Shown: positions 11,737 to 21,271 of the stretch, piece by piece
How positions within the stretch are numbered: position 1 is the first letter of the stretch
Layout of the letters: every line of letters begins with the position of its first letter
From: Nitrospirota bacterium
Lineage (GTDB): Bacteria; Nitrospirota; UBA9217
Assembly: GCA_963845065.1 (NCBI GenBank)
Contig: CAWJQQ010000001.1
Coordinates: 1,258,057 to 1,322,056, forward strand
Length of the DNA: 64,000 bases
Direction of reading: 5' to 3'
Notes under the pieces: generated by a model
What the model saw: the letters and a program-made list of their open reading frames with translations, nothing else
What the model was told of the DNA's origin: nothing
Database searches by the model: none
Program-made: the position numbers and the translations under genes

Positions 11737-11877
11737 ATGGCTATGAAAGAGTTTATATATTACGGGTTCACGATTGTGTTGGTCTGTGTTTTTATAGGTA
11801 TCGTGATCTACTTTTATCGTCCTAAACGGAAAGCGAAAGTGGAACAACCGAAATACCGGATGCTCGATGATGATTGA
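11737..11877 (+). CDS. ccoQ: cbb3-type oxidase small subunit CcoQ, 46 aa (not in ORF track)
   Basis: Manual translation MAMKEFIYYGFTIVLVCVFIGIVIYFYRPKRKAKVEQPKYRMLDDD; one TM; between ccoO and ccoP. Confidence 0.88.
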   Translation: MAMKEFIYYGFTIVLVCVFIGIVIYFYRPKRKAKVEQPKYRMLDDD

Positions 11878-11916
11878 GATTGAGTAGCAAGCACGATGCT
11901 TTATGCGGAGACAAAC

Positions 11917-12405
11917 ATGAGCGAATATGATGGCATAAAAGAACGGGAAGAGGGGAAGTCAAAAATGCCTTTGGGCATGACGATACTTTTTGCTGGGCTC
12001 ATTATTATTGGGCTTTGCTATATGTATCTTTTTTCGCCTCAGACGACTGGTTGGTCTGAGTTAAAACAGTATTACCAACACAGTGAGGCCTTAAAACAGA
12101 ATATTACCATCCCGGAGGTGAAAGAAACGGCTCGGCCCGGCGAATTCGGGAAGGAAGTCACCAGCGTGGCACTGGGCCCGGCATTGTATAAGGAAAATTG
12201 CGCCATGTGTCACGGCGAAAATTTCGAAGGCGGCATCGGCCCTGTACTGGGTGGCCCCAAGTTTATTTACGGTAATACGGTTGCCGATTATATACGCGTG
12301 ATCAGCGCCGGCACGTCGAAAGGGATGCCGTCATTCTCGAGCCAGCTCAGTCCAGAAAAGATAAGTGCTGTGGCCCATTATGTTTTTTCCCACCATGCGA
12401 AGTAG
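11917..12405 (+). CDS. ccoP: cbb3-type oxidase subunit III-like, single-heme
   Basis: FixP-type N-terminus EYDGIKE, TM, one CAMCH, KGMP axial Met. Confidence 0.85.
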   Translation: MSEYDGIKEREEGKSKMPLGMTILFAGLIIIGLCYMYLFSPQTTGWSELKQYYQHSEALKQNITIPEVKETARPGEFGKEVTSVALGPALYKENCAMCHGENFEGGIGPVLGGPKFIYGNTVADYIRVISAGTSKGMPSFSSQLSPEKISAVAHYVFSHHAK

Positions 12406-12411
12406 TCAGGA

Positions 12412-13659
12412 ATGAAAAAAATGTCTTTTCGGACCAAGCGTAGCATTGTTGCGTGGTTGCAGGCAGTGATGCTGCTCGGTCTCCCCTTTATGAAGGTGAA
12501 TGGCGAAAGCGCCTTTCGCTTTGATGTTCCGTCCCTCAAATTATACTTTTTTGGTTCTGTCATCGGGATAAGCGAGTCATACTTCTTCCTGCTTGTCTTT
12601 CTTCTTTTTTTTCTCGGCGTTATGATTGTAACGCTTCTCTACGGCCGCATCTGGTGCGGCTGGATGTGTCCTCAGTCGGTTCTGTCCGATTTCGCGAGAC
12701 GGTTGATTGCCGTACCATGGATCAGCCGTCATAAGTACATCAGTCAGACCGTCTCGCATGGCATCCTCTTTATCTTTTCTACCCTTGTCGCAGCCGACCT
12801 GATCTGGTATTTTATCTCTCCCTATGACATGATAAGGGAAGTATTCCACGGGTCGCTTGGATCCTGGACATCGGGCTCGTGGTTATTTTTTACCATACTG
12901 TTATACATGGACCTGGCTTTTGTTAGACAATATTTCTGTGGGTCCGTCTGCCCGTATGCGAGATTTCAAAGCGCTTTTTTTGATGACAGGACACTGACAA
13001 TCGCTTTCGACCGGAAACATGCAGACGAATGCATGGGGTGCGAAGCATGCGTGCGTGCGTGTCCATCAGGGATAGATATTCGCGAGGGTCTTCAGGTTGA
13101 GTGCATCAACTGTGCTGAATGCATCGACGCATGCCGGTCACAGGCAGAGAAAATTGGAAAGAGGTTGCTTATTCGGTATGTCCCGGGATTATCAGGAGAG
13201 TCAGTCCCAAAGGGGAGGCGGGTCCGCGTGATATGGCTTTCTATTGCCTTTGCCTGTATCGCTATGCAGCTTGCGTATCAAATTTATATCAGAGTGCCTG
13301 TTGATTTTTGGGTTTTTCGCGACGAGCCTCAACTGATCGAGCCAGAAGGCGATCACGACGGTATAATGAATTCCTATTCGATGACAATTGAAAACCGGTC
13401 ACTTAACCCTGCTATTTATCAATTAAGTATTGCTGGGATAAAAAATGCCGAACTGGAAATTTCACGAAATCCTTTCATCATCCCTTCAAATACTGGAATG
13501 AAAATGAATGTCAATGTGTATGTGAAGAGAAAGGACCTCACGTACCGGCTCACACAGCTGCGTTTTATTCTTCAGAACCTTACCTCACGTGAGATAAAAT
13601 TGGAACAGGAGGCTCCCTTCATCTATCCGGAACAGACGGAACAGGAGAAAGAAATATAG
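12412..13659 (+). CDS. ccoG: CcoG/FixG-like membrane polyferredoxin
   Basis: GRIWCGWMCPQ, FCGSVCPY, CMGCEACVRACP, ECINCAECIDAC. Confidence 0.92.
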   Translation: MKKMSFRTKRSIVAWLQAVMLLGLPFMKVNGESAFRFDVPSLKLYFFGSVIGISESYFFLLVFLLFFLGVMIVTLLYGRIWCGWMCPQSVLSDFARRLIAVPWISRHKYISQTVSHGILFIFSTLVAADLIWYFISPYDMIREVFHGSLGSWTSGSWLFFTILLYMDLAFVRQYFCGSVCPYARFQSAFFDDRTLTIAFDRKHADECMGCEACVRACPSGIDIREGLQVECINCAECIDACRSQAEKIGKRLLIRYVPGLSGESVPKGRRVRVIWLSIAFACIAMQLAYQIYIRVPVDFWVFRDEPQLIEPEGDHDGIMNSYSMTIENRSLNPAIYQLSIAGIKNAELEISRNPFIIPSNTGMKMNVNVYVKRKDLTYRLTQLRFILQNLTSREIKLEQEAPFIYPEQTEQEKEI

Positions 13660-13724
13660 TTTGGTAACGGATTATATGGATGAGATAGGACAGAAACACA
13701 TGGGAAATAGGGTATAATAATACT

Positions 13725-13868
13725 ATGCTCTGGACAATCCTAGCGCTAATAGTTCTTATGTTTTTTTTGGGACTTGCCGCCTGGTTCACTTTTATTTGGG
13801 CCGTAAAGACGGGTCAGTTCGATGACATAGAACGACCGAAACACCGGATGCTCGATGATGACAGTTGA
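13725..13868 (+). CDS. ccoS: cbb3 assembly protein CcoS/FixS, 47 aa (not in ORF track)
   Basis: Manual translation MLWTILALIVLMFFLGLAAWFTFIWAVKTGQFDDIERPKHRMLDDDS with WAVxxGQFDD signature. Confidence 0.9.
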   Translation: MLWTILALIVLMFFLGLAAWFTFIWAVKTGQFDDIERPKHRMLDDDS

Positions 13869-14139
13869 TAGATATATCGAGTAACGCGATCTAAAGCCTG
13901 AAGAAAGAATAGCATCGCAAAGGATGCAAGCCGAATTGCTCTGCGCCAGACTGACGATTCGTTATTTCGTCATTATGGCATAGCAGCGTTCATGCAAACT
14001 GAATTGCTCAGAAAACATATCCAATCTTCATGCATCACTGCCGAGATGCATGCTCCGATGTACTTGTCAGACAGGTTATTCCTGAAAGTCCTTCACGCAG
14101 GTGCGGTCAACAATTGACAGAGTGAACTGTAAAAAAACC

Positions 14140-14167
14140 TTGACACATCAAGGAGATTTGGTATATT
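14140..14167 (+). promoter_or_regulatory. Sigma70 promoter of tetR gene
   Basis: TTGACA-16 bp-TATATT with extended -10 TGn. Confidence 0.65.
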
Positions 14168-14178
14168 CTCATTTCAAT

Positions 14179-14204
14179 TATTTAATTAACCGGTTAGTTA
14201 AATA
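14179..14204. promoter_or_regulatory. Probable TetR autoregulatory operator
   Basis: 26-bp near-perfect palindrome TATTTAATTAACCGGTTAGTTAAATA between promoter and ATG. Confidence 0.75.
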
Positions 14205-14207
14205 GCC

Positions 14208-14864
14208 ATGGAACATCGCATATCACAAAAACATACAGCCGGCCGCCGCCCTAAAGCGGGACGCTCAGATGGCGATACGCGCGTTGAAATACTTACCGCT
14301 GCGCGTCGAGTGTTCGCACAACGCGGCTTCGATGGAACCACGGTTCGAGAGGTTGCGCATGCAGCGAGGGTGAACAACGCGATGATCTATTACCATTTCA
14401 AGGATAAAGGTGCTCTCTATCGTGCCGTTCTGAGCGACTCATTTTCAACACTTATTGATATCTGGAACGACCCTGTTTTTACCTCAAAAACATCGGTACG
14501 CCGAAAAATCGAAAAGTATGTTGAAAGCTTCATACATTTCCAAATAGGTAATGAGGACCTGCGCAGAATCATGGCCATGGAATTTGCAGGAAACAGTGGA
14601 AACATAACCTGGATCTGTGATCAGTATTTTGCAGACAATTATGCCCACCTTGTAGCGTTGCTGAAAGAAGGGATGAAGAGGGGCGAACTAAAAAAATTCG
14701 AACCCTCACTGGCTGTTACCTCGTTAATTGGGGTTATTATCCACAATTTCATTTTGCAGCCTATGGCGGAACACGTACATGGAAAATGCATGAATCTGTC
14801 TTCGAAAAAATTTGGGGCGTTTGTGACGGATCTCTTTTTCAGCGGACTGGCACTCGTTAAATGA
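14208..14864 (+). CDS. TetR/AcrR-family regulator
   Basis: ILTAARRVFAQRGFDGTTVREVA...IYYHFKDKGALY HTH. Confidence 0.93.
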   Translation: MEHRISQKHTAGRRPKAGRSDGDTRVEILTAARRVFAQRGFDGTTVREVAHAARVNNAMIYYHFKDKGALYRAVLSDSFSTLIDIWNDPVFTSKTSVRRKIEKYVESFIHFQIGNEDLRRIMAMEFAGNSGNITWICDQYFADNYAHLVALLKEGMKRGELKKFEPSLAVTSLIGVIIHNFILQPMAEHVHGKCMNLSSKKFGAFVTDLFFSGLALVK

Positions 14865-14969
14865 GAAAGAATAAAGCTCGCACCACATATTATTAGGTTT
14901 TCCAATCATGAAAATATTGCATCCTTTTATTGCTATGCTGACATGCACCGGATCGGCCGTACAAGCGCA

Positions 14970-15204
14970 GATCGTGGATTCGGTCTGCCTGATGGGGTGT
15001 GTTCGATCGTCACGATAGACGCAGCAATCGTACTTGGTTTGATGTCAAAGCTTTGAAGCCGGAGAAGGCGCGAAATGCAGCGCCGTAATGACCATTGTAA
15101 TGATCGGTGGCTAGCTCGCCTAGAAGCTGCTGGCTTTCGTGGTTATCACTGTCGTGTATATGCTCGTGGATGACCAGAAGAACTATTTAGAAAGTAAGGA
15201 GTAA
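14970..15204 (+). pseudogene. Degraded C-terminal fragment of AcrB-type RND permease
   Basis: Reads GEGAKCSAVMTIVMIGG*LA*KLLAFVVITVVYMLVDD, resembling the last RND TMs; internal stops; 5' boundary approximate. Confidence 0.65.
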
Positions 15205-15327
15205 AGGAACAGGTAACCACAGATGAATGTGGGGAAAAAATATCTTTCTGTGTTTCTTTTTAAGAAATAAAAATCTAGATTGATGCTTATTCTTGACATC
15301 AGTGGTTACACTCAGTGATATCCCAAT

Positions 15328-16146
15328 ATGCTTAAACTCGGCCATATCCTCTACTCGAATTGTTTCCCTCCACATTCCGGAATTGTCTTACAGAAGGTCG
15401 TTTTCCCCTTCAAATTGGTAGAAGGTATTCCGACACAATTGAACCGCATGCTTTCCGAAGGTACGATTGATGTGTCACCCTCATCTTCCATTGAGTATGC
15501 TGTAAACAAGGGACGCTATACTCTGCTGCCGGACCTTTCCATTACCTCAAAAAATAAAGTTATGAGCATCCTCTTGGAGAGCAAAGTCCCCATTGAGGAA
15601 CTTGCCAATAAGATTGTCGCATTAACCACGGCGTCTGCCACATCGGTCGTGCTACTCCGCATTCTTCTCGAAATACAGTACGCTGTGAACCCCAGGTATA
15701 TACTCTTTGATCAGGGCGCCGAAGACCCTTCACAAAGAGCAGACGCAATGCTCACAATCGGTGATTTGGCAATTCAGAGGGCTGCGGTATCAATCTATCC
15801 TCATTGCTATGACCTTGGTGAACTCTGGCACAAATTTACGGGACTCCCTTTTGTATTTGCGCTCTGGCAGGTAAATGACAGAAAAAAAATACACAATGAC
15901 CTTGCACGGTTGTATGATATTATTATGGAGTCAAGAACTTATGGGCTGACCCACCTCAAGGAAATAGCCGAAACGAGCACGGGGCGGTTTAATATCCCAG
16001 CCGCTGTACTCTTAAAGTATTGGAATTTATTTAGTTACAGGTTCGGTGAAGAAGAGCAAAATGGATTGTTGACATATTATGGATATGCAGCTGAGCTTGG
16101 GGCAATAGAGACGGAGAATGACCTGCGCTTCTGGACGAGGGATTGA
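15328..16146 (+). CDS. mqnA: MqnA-like chorismate dehydratase (futalosine menaquinone pathway)
   Basis: LGHILYSNCFP, SSIEY, SATSVVLL, IGDLA, DLGELW...TGLPFVFALW. Confidence 0.82.
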   Translation: MLKLGHILYSNCFPPHSGIVLQKVVFPFKLVEGIPTQLNRMLSEGTIDVSPSSSIEYAVNKGRYTLLPDLSITSKNKVMSILLESKVPIEELANKIVALTTASATSVVLLRILLEIQYAVNPRYILFDQGAEDPSQRADAMLTIGDLAIQRAAVSIYPHCYDLGELWHKFTGLPFVFALWQVNDRKKIHNDLARLYDIIMESRTYGLTHLKEIAETSTGRFNIPAAVLLKYWNLFSYRFGEEEQNGLLTYYGYAAELGAIETENDLRFWTRD

Positions 16147-16169
16147 GAGGAGCTCAAGTAGATACTATC

Positions 16170-17156
16170 ATGTCGGTTTCTCATATTAATTCAAGTGCAC
16201 ACGATCATGAGCATAACCATGATCACGACCATGCTCATGTCCACGAGAATCTCCGCGTAACCACGGGCGGGCAGCGGGACCTCTTGATCGCTTTGTCAAT
16301 CACGATACTGATGATGATCGTCGAGGTCGTCGGCGGTCTTTTATCGAACAGCCTTGCACTCTTATCCGATGCTGGCCATATGTTTACAGACAACCTCGCA
16401 TTGCTGCTTTCCTTTTTTGCTATGAAGTTTGCCACTAGACCGGCGACAGAAAAAAAGACCTTTGGTTTTTACCGGCTTGAAATTCTTGCTGCTTTGCTGA
16501 ATGGCATTGTGCTCGTCCTTATCTCGATCTACATCATGTACCAGGCATACTTGAGAATGATTCATCCGCAGCCGGTTGAAGGGCAACTGATGCTGATCGT
16601 AGCAATCATCGGCCTGGTTGCAAACGTGGCTGGAGCTTTTATCCTCTTTAAACACAGCCATGCCAGCCTGAATATCAGGGGTGCGTACCTGCATATCGTT
16701 GGAGACGCTCTTTCATCAATTGGCGTTGTGATCGGCGGCATCATAATTATCTATGCCGGTTGGTACCTGATCGACCCAATCCTTAGTATCGTTATTTCCA
16801 TGATCATCATTTATGGATCATGGTCTCTGGTCAGGGAATCGGTCAATATCCTTCTGGAGTCGGTGCCGTCCCATATCGACATCGATACAGTCACCGCCGA
16901 GTTAGAACAAGTAAAGGGCGTCCGCGAAGCATACCACATCCATATCTGGGCCATAACTTCCGGTGTTTATTCCATGAGCGCCCACGTGCTGATCGACGAT
17001 CAGCTGATAAGCGGGTGCAGGAATATTATTGATGAGATCCGGGAACTATTGTCGAAGAAATTCAAAATACTCCATAGTACTATCCAGATTGAATGCGATC
17101 GGTGCAACATTGGCCCGGTGTGTAGTCTTCCGACTGATTCACGGAAAGAACAATGA
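16170..17156 (+). CDS. CDF-family Zn/Co/Cd efflux transporter (CzcD/ZitB-like)
   Basis: His-rich N-terminus, SLALLSDAGHMFTD, NIRGAYLHIVGD, HIHIW, HSTIQIE; start uncertain. Confidence 0.93.
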   Translation: MSVSHINSSAHDHEHNHDHDHAHVHENLRVTTGGQRDLLIALSITILMMIVEVVGGLLSNSLALLSDAGHMFTDNLALLLSFFAMKFATRPATEKKTFGFYRLEILAALLNGIVLVLISIYIMYQAYLRMIHPQPVEGQLMLIVAIIGLVANVAGAFILFKHSHASLNIRGAYLHIVGDALSSIGVVIGGIIIIYAGWYLIDPILSIVISMIIIYGSWSLVRESVNILLESVPSHIDIDTVTAELEQVKGVREAYHIHIWAITSGVYSMSAHVLIDDQLISGCRNIIDEIRELLSKKFKILHSTIQIECDRCNIGPVCSLPTDSRKEQ

Positions 17157-17186
17157 TACTGCTGTTTGAATGGATCGAAAGGGCCG

Positions 17187-17771
17187 ATGAAATACATAGG
17201 GCGTAAGATCTATCACATTCTGGGTGGCATGGGACTTTTGTCGCTCTATTTTGTTTTCAATAGAAACACGGCCTTTACCGTCTACGGTGTCCTTATCGTT
17301 GTCGTCCTGATGTTCGAGATTGTCCGGATCAGACGTCCTGTTTGGAATAATTATATCTATACCCACCTAGGCGGCGTTATTCGTGCAAATGAAGAGCAGA
17401 AAATGACCGGCACGGTGCCCTATATACTAGGCGTCGGCTTATCACTCTACGCCTATTCAACACCCGTTGCTACAGCTGCAATTTGTTTTCTGGCCTTTGG
17501 CGATGTCGCTGCTACGACGATCGGTGAACGCTACGGGAAGACGAAAATCGGAGGTAAAAGTCTTGAAGGTACGGCAGCATTCATTGTTGCTTCACTTTTA
17601 GTAGGTTTTCTCTTGCCCGTCGTCGGATTAAAACTCGCATCATGGGTGATGGTACTTGGCGCTCTGGCAGCTGCCTGTATTGAACTGCTACCGATTTCTC
17701 TGAACGATAATCTAATAATCCCAATCATGTCCGGCGCAGTTATGGCACTTGCTAGCACGTGGGCCAATTGA
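17187..17771 (+). CDS. CTP-dependent polyprenol kinase (phytol/dolichol kinase-like)
   Basis: RKIYH, LAFGDVAATTIG, GKSLEGT, NDNLIIP motifs. Confidence 0.85.
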   Translation: MKYIGRKIYHILGGMGLLSLYFVFNRNTAFTVYGVLIVVVLMFEIVRIRRPVWNNYIYTHLGGVIRANEEQKMTGTVPYILGVGLSLYAYSTPVATAAICFLAFGDVAATTIGERYGKTKIGGKSLEGTAAFIVASLLVGFLLPVVGLKLASWVMVLGALAAACIELLPISLNDNLIIPIMSGAVMALASTWAN

Positions 17772-17817
17772 CAAGATACGAATCAGTTCCCCGACTATTA
17801 CTCCGATGGCTGCAGGT

Positions 17818-19140
17818 ATGTCAGAAAATAAATGGTCAGTTATGCGTTTTTTTGCTTTCATAAGCATGCTGTTGATAAGTATGCTTGTTCCTGCTTTTGC
17901 CGGGACAATGCTCACGCTCAATGACTGCATCGAAAACGCACTTGCCAATCACCCTTCCATCCGGGCTGCGCAGGCATCCTTAAACGCTGGGCAGGGAAGG
18001 GTCATTCAGGCGGCGTCACCTTATCTGCCCCAGCTTACCGCGAGCACGGGTTACTCTGATAGCCATCAACTGGGAGGTGCTTTTGGAGAAACTATCACGA
18101 AAAGCTACACGACCACACTGTCCTTAAATCAAATGCTGTACGATTTCGGCAGGACTGGCAATGCTCTTGACGCGGCGCGATTCGGGACACAATCAGCTGA
18201 AAGGGACATCGACCGCGTTGTCCAGGAAGTAGTGCTCAATGTCAAACAGGCTTATTATGCCTTACTCCAGGCTAAGAAACTGGTAAGTGTTGCCAAGCAA
18301 ACGCTAGAGCAGACCAAAAGCCACATGAATCAAGCAGAAGCCTTTTTTCGGGCAGGTTCCAAGCCGAGATACGATGTTACCCGCGCCGAGGTCGATGTAA
18401 ACAGCGCGAAGCTCGGCTTAATAAATGCGGAGAATGCCGTTCGCTTGAACACCATATCCCTCTACAATGCAATGGGTCTAGATCCGGTCCGCGATGTTGA
18501 GATTGAGGATGTACTTTCTCAGCCGTCTACACTCCCTTCTCTCGACGAGGCGCAGACTGCAGCGCTAAAAAATCGTCCAGAAATGCTGAAAGCGGAAATA
18601 GATATTCAGGCTGCACAGTCCCAAATAAAGACAGAACAATCAAACTATCTGCCAACGCTTTCAGCAAACGGCGCCTACAACTGGACGCATGGTACCGTAC
18701 AAGCAGGTTCTTTCGAGGGCATCCCTCTCGTAGGCGAGATTCAGGATAGCTGGAACGCGGGCGTGATGCTTTCGATGCCTCTTTTTGATGGCAGGCTCAC
18801 CAACGGTCGGGTAAGCGAGGCACGGGCGAATAAACATTCATTTGAAGCGCAGCGAGATAGCCTCAGACAGTCTATACTTCTCGAAGTAAACCAGTCATAC
18901 GCTGACATGGAAAGCGCAGCTGCGAGGATAGCAGTGATGGAGAGCTCCCTCAAAAGCGCACAGGAGAGCTTGGACCTGGCTGAAGGCAGATATCGGGAAG
19001 GTGTCGGCCCTTCGATCGAAGTGACAGATGCACAAGTAGCTGATGCGAAAGCGAAGAGTGATTATGTACAGGCTCTCTATGACTATCAGCTCGCGGCCGC
19101 AAAACTTGCGAAGGCCATGGGAAATGGATTGGAGCGGTGA
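17818..19140 (+). CDS. TolC-family outer membrane efflux protein
   Basis: Signal peptide, LTLNDCIENALANHP, YLPQL / YLPTL repeats, RYREGVG; start 17818 or 17842. Confidence 0.92.
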   Translation: MSENKWSVMRFFAFISMLLISMLVPAFAGTMLTLNDCIENALANHPSIRAAQASLNAGQGRVIQAASPYLPQLTASTGYSDSHQLGGAFGETITKSYTTTLSLNQMLYDFGRTGNALDAARFGTQSAERDIDRVVQEVVLNVKQAYYALLQAKKLVSVAKQTLEQTKSHMNQAEAFFRAGSKPRYDVTRAEVDVNSAKLGLINAENAVRLNTISLYNAMGLDPVRDVEIEDVLSQPSTLPSLDEAQTAALKNRPEMLKAEIDIQAAQSQIKTEQSNYLPTLSANGAYNWTHGTVQAGSFEGIPLVGEIQDSWNAGVMLSMPLFDGRLTNGRVSEARANKHSFEAQRDSLRQSILLEVNQSYADMESAAARIAVMESSLKSAQESLDLAEGRYREGVGPSIEVTDAQVADAKAKSDYVQALYDYQLAAAKLAKAMGNGLER

Positions 19141-19242
19141 TTCGAATTAAATTTACGAGTTGCTAAGGGCGTAGCAACGAGTTCGATAAAGTTTAATTTG
19201 GGAAAAACCGAACTAGATCAGCTAGTTTAAACGAGGCGCACC

Positions 19243-19701
19243 ATGCCCGTGAAGGAAGTTGTGTTTACTGTTAAGTTGCCGATAAGAAGCGTCTAGTTAT
19301 TTATGAATGATCGTCCCGAAGTGGGCTGTTTGTTTCCGGGATGCATGGGCGTCGATATCCTAAACGATCTCGATTCGATCTGGGTGGTAAAAATGTCGCT
19401 GGGGCCCTTTTCACGGACCATCGAGATTCATGCCCATACCACGGAGATCATAGAAAACCAAAAGCTGGCATGGACTGCGGCGCATGAACACCTTATAACG
19501 TCAGGAATCGCTAGTTTTCGTAAGATATCCGATAATGAAACCGAATTAACGTACCGCCTGGAAGGGCATGTTACGGGACGTTTAGGTTTTCTGCAGGAAA
19601 TTATTGTTGCAGAAAAATTGGGAGAGGTGACGAGAGCTTTCATGAAAAATATTAAAGAGCGGCTTGAAGATGGGGCGGATAACAAATCAAAGGAATTATG
19701 A
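19243..19701 (+). pseudogene. SRPBCC/CoxG-like protein interrupted by in-frame TAG
   Basis: RBS GAGG + ATG 19243 reads MPVKEVVFTVKLPIRSV*LFMNDRPEVGCLFPGC; TAG at 19294-19296 in frame with ORF 19303. Confidence 0.72.
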
Positions 19702-19702
19702 A

Positions 19703-20803
19703 ATGGCGATAGTTTCCACGGTTCTTAAAAGTAAGATAAGCTGGGCCGTTGCAGCCGCTGTAGTTGTGGCCGCTTTCGCCGTTATAGCCAGCAGCAAACC
19801 AGTCATGGTCAGGATAGTTAAACTCAAAATGGGCGAACTACGCGTCATCGTAAACGCGACGACAACATCCACGGTAAAGTCGGAAACTGAAGTCACTCTC
19901 TCAGCTCAAGAGACAGGCAGGGTGGTAAAACTACCGGTGAAGGAAGGGGACACGGTCAAAACAGGAGCTTTGATAGCGCAGCTCGATCTAACTGAGGAAT
20001 CCGTACAGACCGAAAGCGTGCTCGGTCAAAGCAAAGCAACGTACCAGGAAGCGGATAAAAATCTGAAACGCATGCAGGGCCTGTTCGACAAAGGAATGAT
20101 TGCACAGCAGGACCTTGATACTGTAAGGCGGACCTACGAGGTCGCGAAAACGCAGTATGATGCAGCCCGGGAAGACGATAAGGTAAAGAAGGATTATTCC
20201 GTTATCAGGGCGCCTTTCGACGGCGTGATTTCGAAGAAATACACCGAAGTAGGCGAGCTCTTGATGCCGGGTAAACAAATCGTTACGATCGTTAATCCCA
20301 GACTTATTTACGTCCTCGCAACGATAGATGAGGTTGACGTAGGCAGGCTCCGTATTTCGCAGCCGGTTTCGATCACCGTAGATGCTTTCCCCGGAGAAAA
20401 ATTTCAAGGGACCATTAAACGCATTTCCCCGATTGTGAGTGGCGGCAAACTTGAGACCCGTACTGCGGACGTATGGATATACTTCAACGAGAAACAACCA
20501 AGGATCAAGCCGGGGATGTCGGCGGACGTGGAAATTCTTGTGGCGACTCTTCAAAATGTTCTATCTGTCCCTTCCCAGGCAGTCATCGAGCGGGATGGGA
20601 AAAAACAAGTCTTCATGGCCGATGGAAGCTCACTGAAACCGGGCGCAAGTGCCGTCGCGAGACTACGTCCTGTTCAAATAGGCGAGACCAACTGGAGTAA
20701 TACTCAGATTACCGACGGCCTTAAGCCTGGCGATTACGTTATCACGACGCCGGAAGCCGTGGGATTGAAAGACGGCGCGAAGGTCAAAATAGAGCAAGAA
20801 TAA
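19703..20803 (+). CDS. MacA-like periplasmic adaptor (membrane fusion protein)
   Basis: GRVVKLPVKEGD, IRAPFDGVI, IDEVDVG, KPGMSADV. Confidence 0.92.
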   Translation: MAIVSTVLKSKISWAVAAAVVVAAFAVIASSKPVMVRIVKLKMGELRVIVNATTTSTVKSETEVTLSAQETGRVVKLPVKEGDTVKTGALIAQLDLTEESVQTESVLGQSKATYQEADKNLKRMQGLFDKGMIAQQDLDTVRRTYEVAKTQYDAAREDDKVKKDYSVIRAPFDGVISKKYTEVGELLMPGKQIVTIVNPRLIYVLATIDEVDVGRLRISQPVSITVDAFPGEKFQGTIKRISPIVSGGKLETRTADVWIYFNEKQPRIKPGMSADVEILVATLQNVLSVPSQAVIERDGKKQVFMADGSSLKPGASAVARLRPVQIGETNWSNTQITDGLKPGDYVITTPEAVGLKDGAKVKIEQE

Positions 20804-21271
20804 TCGGTAAAGAGCATAGATTCTAAACGCGTTTTGGTATTTTCCGACGCTTTAGCAGCAAAAAAGGCCTTGGTTTTAGATTTTGGGATGAATTGCGGTA
20901 CCGTTAACGTTTTCTATCATCGCGGTATATGTATCGTACTCTCTTTGGAAGCCAACGATATGAGGTTCCAGTGACCAAGTTATCGGGTAAAAATATTTTT
21001 CTGTCTTCGACATTGCCGAACTGATTCAGTCTGGCCGGATGATTGCCTGTTCCTAGAACGGTCGGTGTCGATATTGCAATGGCAAGCGACAAATGATCAG
21101 ATTCTTTTCTAAAGACTTTGGCCTGCGGGCTTGAGACAGAGTTGTTTGCCCGTTCAAAACGGATCAATGACCGTTTGCCTTTACTACCATTAGAACCTTT
21201 TGCCTTCAGGCATGGAGTAGGTAAGCCCTACTTTGCACTATATAAATGATATTCCGTATTGACCTTTGTTC

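Noticed and set aside
19294..19296. TAG recoding (pyrrolysine or alternative code)
   Set aside because: TAG is a normal stop for several genes here (205, 12405, 13659); the site matches a Trp position; no pyl genes seen
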